NCBI GenBank assembly: GCA_045653745.1
Contig: JAZOMD010000062.1
Span: 1 to 47,612 of the forward strand
Direction of reading: 5' to 3'
From: Eubacteriales bacterium
GTDB lineage: Bacteria; Bacillota; Clostridia; Oscillospirales; CAG-272
Length of the DNA stretch: 47,612 nucleotides
The notes below the pieces were generated by a model. It saw only the letters and a list, made by a program, of their open reading frames with translations. It was not told the origin of the DNA and did not search any database. Made by a program: the position numbers and the translations under genes. This document shows, piece by piece, positions 35,943-45,161 of the stretch. Each line of letters starts with the position of its first letter. Position 1 is the stretch's first letter.

Positions 35943-37059
35943 ATTGGTTCCTTGCGATTTTTGATAGACGGTACAGAAAGGCGTGTATTTCTCGCTTGGT
36001 ATTGAAGGCAGAGAGCGAGGCTCTCACGGTTCCTATATTCAAGGTGCCGAGCTTTTTGTGTGCAAGCGGTGCGCAATGTAATCCTGCGCGTACCGCAAAT
36101 CCGCCTTCGTTTAGTCTGTGTGCTACATCGGATGCCGTGATTTTTGCTAAATTAAAGCAAGCAACAGAACCGTATGACGGATATAAAACCGAGCTCTTGA
36201 TTTCCGAAATGCCTTCGCGCAGAATGGCTCCGAGATACTCCTCGGTCTCCCTTATTTCCTCGATACCGACTCCTTCTATCAGCTTGATTCCAGCATCGAG
36301 AGATGCAATTGCAGGAACAGAGAGCGTTCCTGCCTCGTATCCTTCGGGCAATCGGCTCGGCATATAGGGTAAAAGGCTGTCGCTACCGCTTCCGCCCTCG
36401 ATGATTGTGTGCGCGCGTATGCTATCCTTAAAAATTGCAAATCCGCACCCAGCAATACCGAATAATCCCTTGTGACCAGGAGCGCAAAGTATATCGCAGG
36501 GCGTATCCGAAAGGCTTATTTTCTCGTGTCCTGCCAGCTGCGACGCATCTACGATAAGCAAAAGTCCGTGTTCTCTTGCCGTCTCGGATAGCACCGATAG
36601 CGGTATTCTCTCTCCGGTAACATTAGAGGCGAGGGTTGAAATTATTCCGATGGTGTTCGGGCGTATATTTGCTGCGATCTCCTGCCTTGGCTCACCCTTT
36701 GTCGAAAACAGCGAGTATTCGACTCCGATGCTTTCTCCAAGTGCCGTGATCGGCCGCAAAACGGAGTTGTGCTCAAGGTCGGATATAATGAAATGTCCCC
36801 CTCGCCGTGCCACGCTTTTAATAGCGATATTCAAGGCGTAGGTTGCGTTGTAGGTGAAGACTACGCTTTCCGGGGCGGTGTGCGAAAAAAGGTCGCATAT
36901 CCTCTCGCGGCAGGAATAAACCCTTTTTGCCGCTTCCGTAGCGAGCGTGTGAGCGCTTCTTCCGGGATTTCCCGAAAAATACTTTGCAGAGCGAACAAGG
37001 CTTCTTATAACTGCGCGCGGTTTTGGAAAGCTTGTTGCGGCATTGTCGAAGTAAATCAT
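35941..37059 (-). CDS. Class V aminotransferase, cysteine desulfurase/selenocysteine lyase-like
   Basis: PLP-lysine block CAPGHKGLFG and C-terminal active-site cysteine block VRAGLHCAP. 372 aa. Confidence 0.85.
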   Translation of the reverse strand: MIYFDNAATSFPKPRAVIRSLVRSAKYFSGNPGRSAHTLATEAAKRVYSCRERICDLFSHTAPESVVFTYNATYALNIAIKSVARRGGHFIISDLEHNSVLRPITALGESIGVEYSLFSTKGEPRQEIAANIRPNTIGIISTLASNVTGERIPLSVLSETAREHGLLLIVDASQLAGHEKISLSDTPCDILCAPGHKGLFGIAGCGFAIFKDSIRAHTIIEGGSGSDSLLPYMPSRLPEGYEAGTLSVPAIASLDAGIKLIEGVGIEEIRETEEYLGAILREGISEIKSSVLYPSYGSVACFNLAKITASDVAHRLNEGGFAVRAGLHCAPLAHKKLGTLNIGTVRASLSAFNTKREIHAFLYRLSKIARNQ

Positions 37060-37063
37060 AGCT

Positions 37064-37282
37064 TTAACCGTTATACACTCTGTAATTTATTCCGTTTTCC
37101 TTCATAACGAATACTGCATCGAGAAAGCTTTCGTCGTTTATCTCGACTCCGTGCGTGCATCCGTTATCGTCTTCCGGAGATTCGACCTTTATTATTTTCG
37201 TGCGTATTCCGGCGCGTAAGAGCAGCTTTTGCAGCTTTATTGCATAGGTTACGGCACCAACCGTAACGATAGTGCTTTTCAA
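37064..37282 (-). CDS. DUF3343-type small protein (putative S/Se carrier partner of the desulfurase)
   Basis: About 72 aa: LKSTIVTVGAVTYAIKLQKLLLRAGIRTKIIKV...GCTHGVEI. I prefer the TTG at 37282 because SD AAGGAAGGAG lies 8 nt upstream. The track start 37309 (TTG) has no SD. Confidence 0.65.
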   Translation of the reverse strand: MKSTIVTVGAVTYAIKLQKLLLRAGIRTKIIKVESPEDDNGCTHGVEINDESFLDAVFVMKENGINYRVYNG

Positions 37283-37406
37283 GTCCGAAGCTCCTTCCTT
37301 ATGATTCAAACAGGGGATAATTGTATATAAAATTCACCTGATGGCGAATCTAATTACAGTTTATGAAAAAGATAGCAAAAAAGTTATCAAACTTTCTAAA
37401 AAATGC

Positions 37407-37435
37407 TGGACTTTTACCGTGTTATATGTTATACT
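37407..37435 (+). promoter_or_regulatory. Candidate promoter of the MBL-glnS-comF unit
   Basis: TGGACT-17 nt-TATACT with an extended -10 TG (tgtTATACT). Confidence 0.4.
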
Positions 37436-37461
37436 ATTATGTATGAATAGAGGTGGAGTAT

Positions 37462-38073
37462 ATGTTTAAAGTTGAAAAACTGAATTCACCGCACGCCTTT
37501 GCCGCCAATACGTATCTTGTTTTCTCGGGCGGCGAGCTTGCAGTTATCGACCCGACAGTACCGTTCTCGGATACCGCGCTTTCTGCTGCGCCGAAATACG
37601 TCTTGCTGACCCACGCACACTTTGATCATATTCTCGAGGTTGACTCTTGGAAGGCGGCAGGAGCCGAGGTCGTAATTTCAAAGACCGAGAGCGGAGCGCT
37701 CCGCGACTCATACAGAAATTGCTTTCGCCAATTTTACGGAAGCGATGACGGCTATTTCGGAGAAGTGCACACGGTAGATGATTCTGACACGCTTTTTCTC
37801 GGAGAGCTTGCCATACGCGTTATGTCCGTACCGGGACACACCTCGGGCTCTGTCGTATATATAATAGGCAACGCGGCATTCGTCGGAGATACTGTGTTTG
37901 AGGGCGGTGGCTACGGCAGATGGGATTTGCCGACGGGTGATTATAAGGAGCTTGTATCGTCAATTGAGAAGGTTATGTCCCTTCCCGAAGACACAGTTCT
38001 TTATCCCGGACACGGAGCACAAACTACGCTAAGAGAATTTAAAAACTGCTATAAATACAAGAGATTATTATAA
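37462..38073 (+). CDS. MBL-fold metallo-hydrolase (glyoxalase II-like)
   Basis: HxHxDH motif THAHFDH, plus PGHTSGS and GHG. ATG 37462 has SD GAGG 8 nt upstream (the track start 37453 is a GTG). Confidence 0.85.
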   Translation: MFKVEKLNSPHAFAANTYLVFSGGELAVIDPTVPFSDTALSAAPKYVLLTHAHFDHILEVDSWKAAGAEVVISKTESGALRDSYRNCFRQFYGSDDGYFGEVHTVDDSDTLFLGELAIRVMSVPGHTSGSVVYIIGNAAFVGDTVFEGGGYGRWDLPTGDYKELVSSIEKVMSLPEDTVLYPGHGAQTTLREFKNCYKYKRLL

Positions 38074-38084
38074 AAGGAACTGCT

Positions 38085-39743
38085 ATGGAAGAACTTAGAA
38101 GCAATTTTATACACGACATTATCGATGCCGATCTTGCGGAGAATCCCGAGCATAAAATTCACACCAGATTTCCTCCCGAGCCCAACGGATACCTTCATAT
38201 AGGCTCTGCGAAGGCTATATGGATAAACGCTATGACGGCAAAGAAGTACGGTGGACTTTTCAACTTAAGATACGATGACACCAACCCCTCAAAGGAAGAT
38301 GTCGAGTACGTCGAGAGTATTTACGAGGACCTTACCTGGCTTGGCTGTGAGCCTACCGGCGGCGTATTTTACGGCTCGGATTATTTCGAGAAATGCTACG
38401 AGTATGGGATAAAGCCTATCAAGGACGGAAAGGCGTACGTTTGCGACCTTACCGCAGACGAGATGAGAGAATACCGCGGAACGCTTACCGAGCCCGGCAA
38501 GCCCAGCCCTTATCGCGACAGAAGCGTAGAGGAGAACCTTGAGCTTTTCGAGAGAATGAGAAACGGGGAATTTCCCGACGGAGCAAAGACTCTCCGTGCC
38601 AAAATTGATATGGCGTCGCCTAACATCAATATGCGCGACCCTGCAATATACAGAATAGTCCACACGTCTCATCACAGACAGGGCGACAAGTGGTGCAATT
38701 ATCCTCTTTACGACTATGCTCACCCCATTCAGGACGCTCTCGAGGGAATAACACATTCTCTTTGCTCGATAGAGTTTGAAAATCACCGTCCTCTTTACGA
38801 CTGGGTTGTCGATAACCTCGGCTTTGAGAAAAAGCCCAAGCAGAGAGAGTTCGCAAGACTTAACGTTACTCATACCGTAATGTCTAAGCGTTACCTCAGA
38901 AAGCTCGTTGAGACAGGCCTTGTTGACGGCTGGGACGACCCCCGTATGCCCACTCTTTCGGGTCTTCGCAGAAGGGGATATACCCCCTCGGCAATTTTTG
39001 ACTTCGTTTCGAGAGCAGGCGTTGCAAAGGCGTACAGCGTAGTGGATTACGAGCTTCTCGAGCACTGTATCCGCGAGGAGCTTAACACCTCGGCTGACAG
39101 AAGAATTGCCATTATGAAGCCTATAAAGGTTGTTGTAACGAATTATCCCGAGGATAAGACCGAATATTTCGAGCTCCCGAACAATCCCGGAAATCCCGAG
39201 CGTGGAACGAGAAAGCTTCCCTTTACAAGAGAACTCTATATAGACGCTGACGATTTTGCAGAGGTTCCTCCGCCTAAGTTCTTCAGAATGAAGCCTGACG
39301 GCGAGGTAAGACTTATGGGCGCTTATATAGTTAAGTGCAACGAAGTTATTAAAAACGAGGACGGCAGCATCAAGGAGATTCACTGTACTGCCGACCTTGA
39401 AACGGGCAACGCTATGCCTCTTGACGGCAGAAAGGTGAAGGGAACTATTCACTGGCTTTCTTCCGCTTATGCAGAGGACGCTACCGTTATGCTTTACGAT
39501 TTTCTCTTTGACATTGAGAATACCGCAGATATTCCCGAGGATAAAACCTACGACGACTATCTCAACAAGGATTCCGTGGAAAAAATCTCCGGAGCCAAAA
39601 TTGAGCCTGCTCTCAAGGATGCTACCGCAGGCGAGAGATTCCAGTTTGTCAGAACCGGTTATTTCGTTAAGGATACCAAGAGTGAGGGCGTATTTAACCG
39701 CATAGTAGGACTCAAGGACAGCTTCCCTAAGGCAGCTAAATGA
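38085..39743 (+). CDS. glnS: Glutamine--tRNA ligase
   Basis: RFPPEPNGYLHIGSAKA (HIGH), VMSKR (KMSKS) and a GlnRS-type C-terminal beta-barrel region. 552 aa. Confidence 0.93.
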   Translation: MEELRSNFIHDIIDADLAENPEHKIHTRFPPEPNGYLHIGSAKAIWINAMTAKKYGGLFNLRYDDTNPSKEDVEYVESIYEDLTWLGCEPTGGVFYGSDYFEKCYEYGIKPIKDGKAYVCDLTADEMREYRGTLTEPGKPSPYRDRSVEENLELFERMRNGEFPDGAKTLRAKIDMASPNINMRDPAIYRIVHTSHHRQGDKWCNYPLYDYAHPIQDALEGITHSLCSIEFENHRPLYDWVVDNLGFEKKPKQREFARLNVTHTVMSKRYLRKLVETGLVDGWDDPRMPTLSGLRRRGYTPSAIFDFVSRAGVAKAYSVVDYELLEHCIREELNTSADRRIAIMKPIKVVVTNYPEDKTEYFELPNNPGNPERGTRKLPFTRELYIDADDFAEVPPPKFFRMKPDGEVRLMGAYIVKCNEVIKNEDGSIKEIHCTADLETGNAMPLDGRKVKGTIHWLSSAYAEDATVMLYDFLFDIENTADIPEDKTYDDYLNKDSVEKISGAKIEPALKDATAGERFQFVRTGYFVKDTKSEGVFNRIVGLKDSFPKAAK

Positions 39744-40471
39744 ATATAAGAGGCATCTTTTCTCGGTTTTTGCATCTGTGCTCGGTACCTGCTTGCATTT
39801 CTTGTGGAGAGAGACTTGATTTCTCTGATTCAGCCTTTTGCTCGGAATGTTACGACAAGTTCTCTACGGCAAAGAAGCAGGATTGCTCTCGGTGTGCAAA
39901 GCTGCTCCCCGAGTGCACTTGTACGAATGAATTTCTCCGCTCGCATTTTGTTAAGGGGTTAGTAAAGGTTTTCAGATACCGTCCTTCCGAAAAGGAGAAC
40001 GCGCCGGAAAATCAACTAATATATTCGCTCAAACGCGAGGAGCGCTACGACGTAATGAAAAGAGCCGTCACAGAGCTGAGAGCGGCAATAGAAAACTCAC
40101 TTTCCATAAGCGAGGATTTCATTTTCACAAGTGTTCCGCGCCGTAAGAGTGCAATTCTCGAATACGGCGTAGACCACGCGGCAAAAATCGCGCGCCTTCT
40201 TTCAAAGGAATTCTGTGCAAAATATCTGCCCATACTGAAATCGCGAGCAAAGAAACCGCAGAAAACGCTCGATAGAACCGAAAGGCTCAAAAACGCGCGC
40301 TTCGTTATAAGAAAAGAAGCAAATCTTGTCGGTAAAACCGTAATACTCGTTGACGACGTGGTTACGACGGGTGCATCTATGGCATCTGCAGCGGCACTTA
40401 TCCGCTCTCTCGGGTGTAAGAAAATTTACGGCGTTTGCCTTGGCGTTGCTTACCGTGATAGCATTATTTAA
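39740..40471 (+). CDS. comFC: ComF family protein (zinc-ribbon + phosphoribosyltransferase domain)
   Basis: Cys-rich N-terminus CISCGERLDF..CSECYDKF and PRT motif VILVDDVVTTGAS. There is an ATGA overlap with glnS. Confidence 0.8.
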   Translation: MNIRGIFSRFLHLCSVPACISCGERLDFSDSAFCSECYDKFSTAKKQDCSRCAKLLPECTCTNEFLRSHFVKGLVKVFRYRPSEKENAPENQLIYSLKREERYDVMKRAVTELRAAIENSLSISEDFIFTSVPRRKSAILEYGVDHAAKIARLLSKEFCAKYLPILKSRAKKPQKTLDRTERLKNARFVIRKEANLVGKTVILVDDVVTTGASMASAAALIRSLGCKKIYGVCLGVAYRDSII

Positions 40472-40475
40472 AAAA

Positions 40476-40509
40476 CAAAAATCGACAGCTGCTGGCTGTC
40501 GATTTTTTA
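40476..40509. terminator. Bidirectional terminator between comF (+) and the AraC-family gene (-)
   Basis: aaaaatcgacagc-tgctg-gctgtcgatttttt. Confidence 0.8.
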
Positions 40510-41448
40510 TTATCCCTTCTTGCAGGATTTTTTATACTGCGACGGTGTCATTCCCGTATGCTTTTTAAAGACGGTGGAGAAGTAATGAGAATTAGAAAAC
40601 ATCAGCTTTTCGGATATTTCAAAGAAATTCAGCTTAGATTCTCTGACCAGCTTCTTTGCCTCGTTTACCTTCATTTTCGTAAAGTAGTCGATAATCGAAT
40701 AACCGCACGCCTTGTTAAAGCGACGGGAGATATAGGTCTTTCCAAAAGAGAATTCCTGACTCAGCTCGTCCATTGTGAACTTTCCGTAGAGGCGCTTTTC
40801 CATAAACGAGATGATTTTCAAAACGAACTCATCTTCTATTATGTCCTTCGGGAAAAACATTTTTTTCGATGATTCGTAATAGTGATTTTCTCGGATAAGC
40901 TCTATGAGCATAAGCTCAAGGCGTAAAAGAATGGTTTGCTGACCCGCCCAAAGGCTTCCGTCGGATTTCGGCTTAAGCATACCCATATGAGGGTTATTGA
41001 ACGGAAGGTCGAAGGTTCCCGATGCCTCGTGGATTATTGCTGCTATGTGCTGCTTTGTAAGCATAGAGGTGGATATTTTCCTGTTTTCGAAATAGCGCAT
41101 AGCGTCCGATGCTGAGGAGAATACCATAATGAATATATTAGGTGCAACGCCCTTGACCGTTTTTATCATATGCTGCTCGAACGGCTTGTGAAAATACATT
41201 TCACCCTGCTTCAGAAGAAAGGTGCGCTCTCCTGCGATTATCTCGCATTCGCCGCGGTCTATGTATACAAGCTCCCACGGAGCGTGTGACTCTATACTGT
41301 CTACGAAAGAATCGTCAAACTCAAAATAATGTATAGAGGTAAGCGAATCTACCAGAATAGCCTTATCGACTATAAACTCGCCCGGTTGACGAGTATTTTT
41401 ATATGCAATCATATCAGAAACCGCCTTACGGATTTTATACTGCATCAT
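40510..41448 (-). CDS. AraC family transcriptional regulator (cupin sensor + HTH_18)
   Basis: The C-terminal double HTH includes FGKTYISRRFNKACGYSIIDYF and FSNSHYFSTVFKKHTGMTPSQYKK. The N-terminus has a cupin-like domain. The ATG at 41412 (MIAYKN...) has a better SD (AAGGCGG) than the track start 41448. Confidence 0.85.
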   Translation of the reverse strand: MMQYKIRKAVSDMIAYKNTRQPGEFIVDKAILVDSLTSIHYFEFDDSFVDSIESHAPWELVYIDRGECEIIAGERTFLLKQGEMYFHKPFEQHMIKTVKGVAPNIFIMVFSSASDAMRYFENRKISTSMLTKQHIAAIIHEASGTFDLPFNNPHMGMLKPKSDGSLWAGQQTILLRLELMLIELIRENHYYESSKKMFFPKDIIEDEFVLKIISFMEKRLYGKFTMDELSQEFSFGKTYISRRFNKACGYSIIDYFTKMKVNEAKKLVRESKLNFFEISEKLMFSNSHYFSTVFKKHTGMTPSQYKKSCKKG

Positions 41449-41487
41449 ATATTGTACTATATTTTTTTATAAAAAACAAGGCTTTGT

Positions 41488-41527
41488 TTAAAAAATCCAC
41501 GATTTTTTTGTACAAATTCGCGGATTT
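41488..41527 (-). terminator. Rho-independent terminator of the rok-polyol operon
   Basis: Minus strand AAATCCGCGA-15 nt loop-TCGTGGATTT followed by TTTAAAC. It lies 4 nt after the MtlD-like B stop. Confidence 0.6.
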
Positions 41528-41530
41528 ATC

Positions 41531-42586
41531 TTATAATATTTTGCCCGATTTTGCGAGGTTAAGAACGCGGTCATATATCTCGCTTTCGGGAGAAAGACCT
41601 GCAAGGTTTGTAAGAACGCCCTCCATTCCGAGCTCCTCGAGCATAGAAATCCACTTCGTTTCCTCTGACGGGCGGTAAAGAAGCATAGAGGCAAGTGTCA
41701 TCTCGAGAACGCTCGAATCCATTCCGTGCTTCTCGACGAGAAGCATAGGACCGACGACACGTTCTGTTATACCGATTTTTCTCTGGGGCTCTCTGGCGTT
41801 ACGGGATACCGTGTCAACTATCGTTTTATCGGTAAATTTATCGCGTGAAAGACGGGCAAATTCGCGCTGGTCATCCCTCTCATATCCGTACTCGAGGCAC
41901 ATGCACTCGTTGATAGCTGCATAGTTTTTATCCAAAAGCGCAAGAATCTGCGGGTCGTTTGCAGCATCAGAATAAACCGTGTATCCCTTTTGGTATCCGA
42001 GATATGCAATAATGCAGCTTGCGCTGTTGTAGGTAAAGAGCTTACGTGTTAAGAAGTTTTCAAACCCGATTATCGGCTTTAGATTCGGGTGGTTGGGGCA
42101 GTTTTCCTTCATAGGAACTTTATCGAACTGAAGATATGGATACCATTCCGAACTAATATTCAAGCCGTCTTTTTCTATCGTAGTGCAGAAGACGGTTGCC
42201 TCGGAGACAGAAACGCCCTCTACGCCTATTGCATCGTAGAGCTTCTTCGCGGGAGAGGCGGCGTTTTCACAGACGATTATTCTTGTATCCTTCGTGACGT
42301 ATTTTGAAAGGCTACAACCTACGTCGGCCAGGTTCGTACCGCCAACGGAAACCAAAATCAAATCGGCGTCTATCTTATCGAGAGTTTCCCACGTGTGAGC
42401 CTTGAGGAATTTAACCGTTTCCCCGGACTTTTTGTTTCCGAAATATGTTATATCGAAGGAGCCCTTTTCATTAAGCTCTCGGACGAGCTCCTCGTTTTTA
42501 TCAATAAAGGTTATTTCTTCAGTGGAGAGAAGCCTTGCAAGAAAGCCCCTTCCTGTTTTTCCTGCACCTATAATAGTAATTTTCAT
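41531..42586 (-). CDS. Mannitol-1-phosphate 5-dehydrogenase-family (MtlD-like) oxidoreductase, paralog B
   Basis: N-terminal Rossmann MKITIIGAGKTGRGF (compare MtlD GAGNIGRGF). C-domain block TRKLFTYNSAS. 351 aa. Confidence 0.7.
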   Translation of the reverse strand: MKITIIGAGKTGRGFLARLLSTEEITFIDKNEELVRELNEKGSFDITYFGNKKSGETVKFLKAHTWETLDKIDADLILVSVGGTNLADVGCSLSKYVTKDTRIIVCENAASPAKKLYDAIGVEGVSVSEATVFCTTIEKDGLNISSEWYPYLQFDKVPMKENCPNHPNLKPIIGFENFLTRKLFTYNSASCIIAYLGYQKGYTVYSDAANDPQILALLDKNYAAINECMCLEYGYERDDQREFARLSRDKFTDKTIVDTVSRNAREPQRKIGITERVVGPMLLVEKHGMDSSVLEMTLASMLLYRPSEETKWISMLEELGMEGVLTNLAGLSPESEIYDRVLNLAKSGKIL

Positions 42587-43758
42587 TTCAGCCAGCCAAG
42601 CTCCTTGATATAGTCAATTTTTTCCTTAACGAGTTTTCCGAGAGTACCGTCGGGCGCTGTCTTGCAAACCTTCAGAAGTACGGCGTCAACGCCTTCGCTA
42701 TCGAGCATATTTTTTAACTCCACGGCAAACGGGTCGGAGGGCTCATAATAGTGTATCGCCGCCGCTATTGCAACCGCGAGATTGTCGGGAACAACGCCCC
42801 ATTCAAGACAAAGCCTTGCAGAGCCTACAAGACGGTCGTCGGGACCGAGCTTTCTCATAGGGTCACGGGCGTTTCTCTCAATGTAATCTACAATGCATCT
42901 GTCCTGAAGCTTATTGAGCGAGGTGCGTGTGAACGCCCACTGCTCGTCGAAGGGGAAATTGTGCTTCTTTGAAAGCGCGGTGGCGGTTTCCTTGTAGACA
43001 CCGTCCAAAAGATTTATAATTCTGTCGTCGTGTGCCGCATCGGCTATGTATTTATAACCGAGAAGTGCACCTACAAACGAGGTCGTACCGTTTGCGGCGT
43101 TGTAGGTATAGAACTTTCTCTCAAGGAAGCCTGTAAACTCGTGTATCGGCTTCAGGGATATCATTCCCTCGGGCATCTCTCTCTTTATGCGCGACGAATC
43201 GAAGGGAAGCTCCCAGAAATTCTGCACGTTCACCACGAGAGGATCTCTCTCCAAAAGCTCGGGCGTTGACTCTATTGCGGAACGCATTATTACCGCCTCG
43301 GTCACACCTACGTTCTCGGTAAAGAAGGCTCTTTTCGCTTCGTCAAGCGCATCGTATATTCCGTTATAGAGAATATCGGCAGGCTTCTTCCAATTTTCGC
43401 AGGTGACAATGTTCAGGGGTAGAGGATTTTTATCCGCGCGAAGATTTACTCCGCCTATAAGATAGGGAATTATCTCGGAAAGGTTTTTTCCGCCTACCGC
43501 TGTAAAAACGCAATCAGCCTTGGCGATTTCCTCGTAAATTTTCTCTTTGTCATCAAAGCCGAGTGCACGCGCGCCCTTGACAACGGTGTTTTTTTCGGGA
43601 GCACCGAGGATATTGACAAGGTATTCACCCCTCTCGTTTATCAGATTAACGAGAGGCTCTGCCTTTTCTACGAAGATAAAATCTATGTCCGAAAGGTAGA
43701 GAAGATGACCGATAAATCCTCTTGCAATTTTTCCTGCTCCAAATATTACGCAGCTCAT
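42583..43758 (-). CDS. Mannitol-1-phosphate 5-dehydrogenase-family (MtlD-like) oxidoreductase, paralog A
   Basis: VIFGAGKIARGFIGHLL. The central block DPLVVNVQNFWELPFD resembles MtlD. C-domain block ERKFYTYNAAN. 391 aa. SD AAGGAG. There is an ATGA overlap with paralog B. Confidence 0.7.
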   Translation of the reverse strand: MSCVIFGAGKIARGFIGHLLYLSDIDFIFVEKAEPLVNLINERGEYLVNILGAPEKNTVVKGARALGFDDKEKIYEEIAKADCVFTAVGGKNLSEIIPYLIGGVNLRADKNPLPLNIVTCENWKKPADILYNGIYDALDEAKRAFFTENVGVTEAVIMRSAIESTPELLERDPLVVNVQNFWELPFDSSRIKREMPEGMISLKPIHEFTGFLERKFYTYNAANGTTSFVGALLGYKYIADAAHDDRIINLLDGVYKETATALSKKHNFPFDEQWAFTRTSLNKLQDRCIVDYIERNARDPMRKLGPDDRLVGSARLCLEWGVVPDNLAVAIAAAIHYYEPSDPFAVELKNMLDSEGVDAVLLKVCKTAPDGTLGKLVKEKIDYIKELGWLK

Positions 43759-43769
43759 TTTATTCTCCT

Positions 43770-45161
43770 TTATAGCTTGCTATTCTTGAATTCGTCCTTT
43801 AATGCTCGGTATATCGAGCGATACGTTGAAAATCTTTCTTTGTATTTCGTGTAAGCTTCACCCGTGGGCGCCGCTACGGTTTCGTATTTTATAAGAGCGC
43901 GGATAGCTTCCCCGAAATCCTTAAACTCTCCGCTGCCTACCATAGCAATCATAGCAGCACCGAGCGCAGAGGTATCGGGCTCGAGCGCGCGAAGGATTTC
44001 CTTTTTGAAAAGTTCAGCCTTTATCCTTGCCATGACGGCGTTTCCGCTCGAGCCGGCACTCGTTATAAGTCTGCCGCCGCGTGGCATTCCAATGTCGAGC
44101 GCGATGTCGTAAAGACTGAATACGACGCCCTCGAGAACCGAATACGCAAGAGACGCCTTCGTGGTTTCGGTATCAATGCCAAAGAAAACTCCGCGTGCAT
44201 TTTCATCGTAAATAGGCGCTCTTTCTCCGTTAAGGTAGGGAAGAAAAACGGGTGTGCCGGGCATTAGGCGAGCATCGGGTGAAAGCTCGTCTGCCGATAG
44301 CTCCGAGAGAGCGAGCTCGCACGCCTTGCCGCTCGATTTCGTTCCGCCGTACTGAATATATCCGTTTAAATATTTCCCGGATATTCCGTTCTCTGCAAGC
44401 TCGCCTCTGATAACGCCGACGTGCTCGCTTGTGCCCGATATTTCAAAGGAGTCTCCCTCGTTGAATACGCCCATACCAAGAAGCCCTGCAAAGAAGTCGT
44501 TCATACCGCAATAAACGGGTAAATTCGCAGGAATGGAGAAATAATCCGAGGCAGAACTTGTCACTGTGCCTGCTATGTCTGTGGGTGAAATGATTTTCGG
44601 TAAGGAAACGTCGGGTGCGATCTTATCGATGAAGAAGCTCGACAGCTCGGATTTTTCAAAATTATAAAGTCCACGGTAGCTATACGGGTCACTCACAAAA
44701 TTATCGGTAAGAGCGAGAATGAGATACTCCTTTGGCATCATCACTCTTTTTGTATTCGGATAATGCTTTTTTATGTACGAAAGCCTCGGCAGAGGATAGG
44801 AAACAAGGGGAGGGTGGCGCATTGAAATCTCGCGGAGCATCACCTCGTCGCCGTACTGCCGGCAAAGCTCGGAAAGCTCCTCCGTGCCTTCCGACTGCCA
44901 CCATCCGATAACCGTATTTTCGTCGGTAATGTAGGTACCGACCTGCGAGGAAACGGATATAGCGGTAAGCCGTGCCTTTTCTTCATCCTTTAAAAAGCCT
45001 GATAAGCAAGTCCTGACCGCGGCTGTATACGCTTCGGGAAAGGGGGCATCGTAGCCGCACCTTGCTTTACGGACGACGCCTTCTTTGTCGGCGAGCAATA
45101 TCTTTACAGCCGAGGTTCCGAGGTCTATTCCAAGGAACAGAGGCGTGCTTTTTTTAGTCAA
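43770..45161 (-). CDS. FGGY-family carbohydrate kinase (xylulokinase-like)
   Basis: LGIDLGTSAVKILL N-terminal ATPase motif and two-domain FGGY length (463 aa). TTG start with SD GAAGGCGG. Confidence 0.85.
   Translation of the reverse strand: MTKKSTPLFLGIDLGTSAVKILLADKEGVVRKARCGYDAPFPEAYTAAVRTCLSGFLKDEEKARLTAISVSSQVGTYITDENTVIGWWQSEGTEELSELCRQYGDEVMLREISMRHPPLVSYPLPRLSYIKKHYPNTKRVMMPKEYLILALTDNFVSDPYSYRGLYNFEKSELSSFFIDKIAPDVSLPKIISPTDIAGTVTSSASDYFSIPANLPVYCGMNDFFAGLLGMGVFNEGDSFEISGTSEHVGVIRGELAENGISGKYLNGYIQYGGTKSSGKACELALSELSADELSPDARLMPGTPVFLPYLNGERAPIYDENARGVFFGIDTETTKASLAYSVLEGVVFSLYDIALDIGMPRGGRLITSAGSSGNAVMARIKAELFKKEILRALEPDTSALGAAMIAMVGSGEFKDFGEAIRALIKYETVAAPTGEAYTKYKERFSTYRSIYRALKDEFKNSKL

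Noticed and set aside
37310-37461. Possible T-box or other riboswitch leader upstream of the MBL-glnS unit.
   Set aside because: The spacer is only about 150 nt and must also hold the divergent promoters. I could find no T-box sequence (AAnnnGGGTGGTACCGCG-like), specifier-loop architecture or terminator/antiterminator pair.
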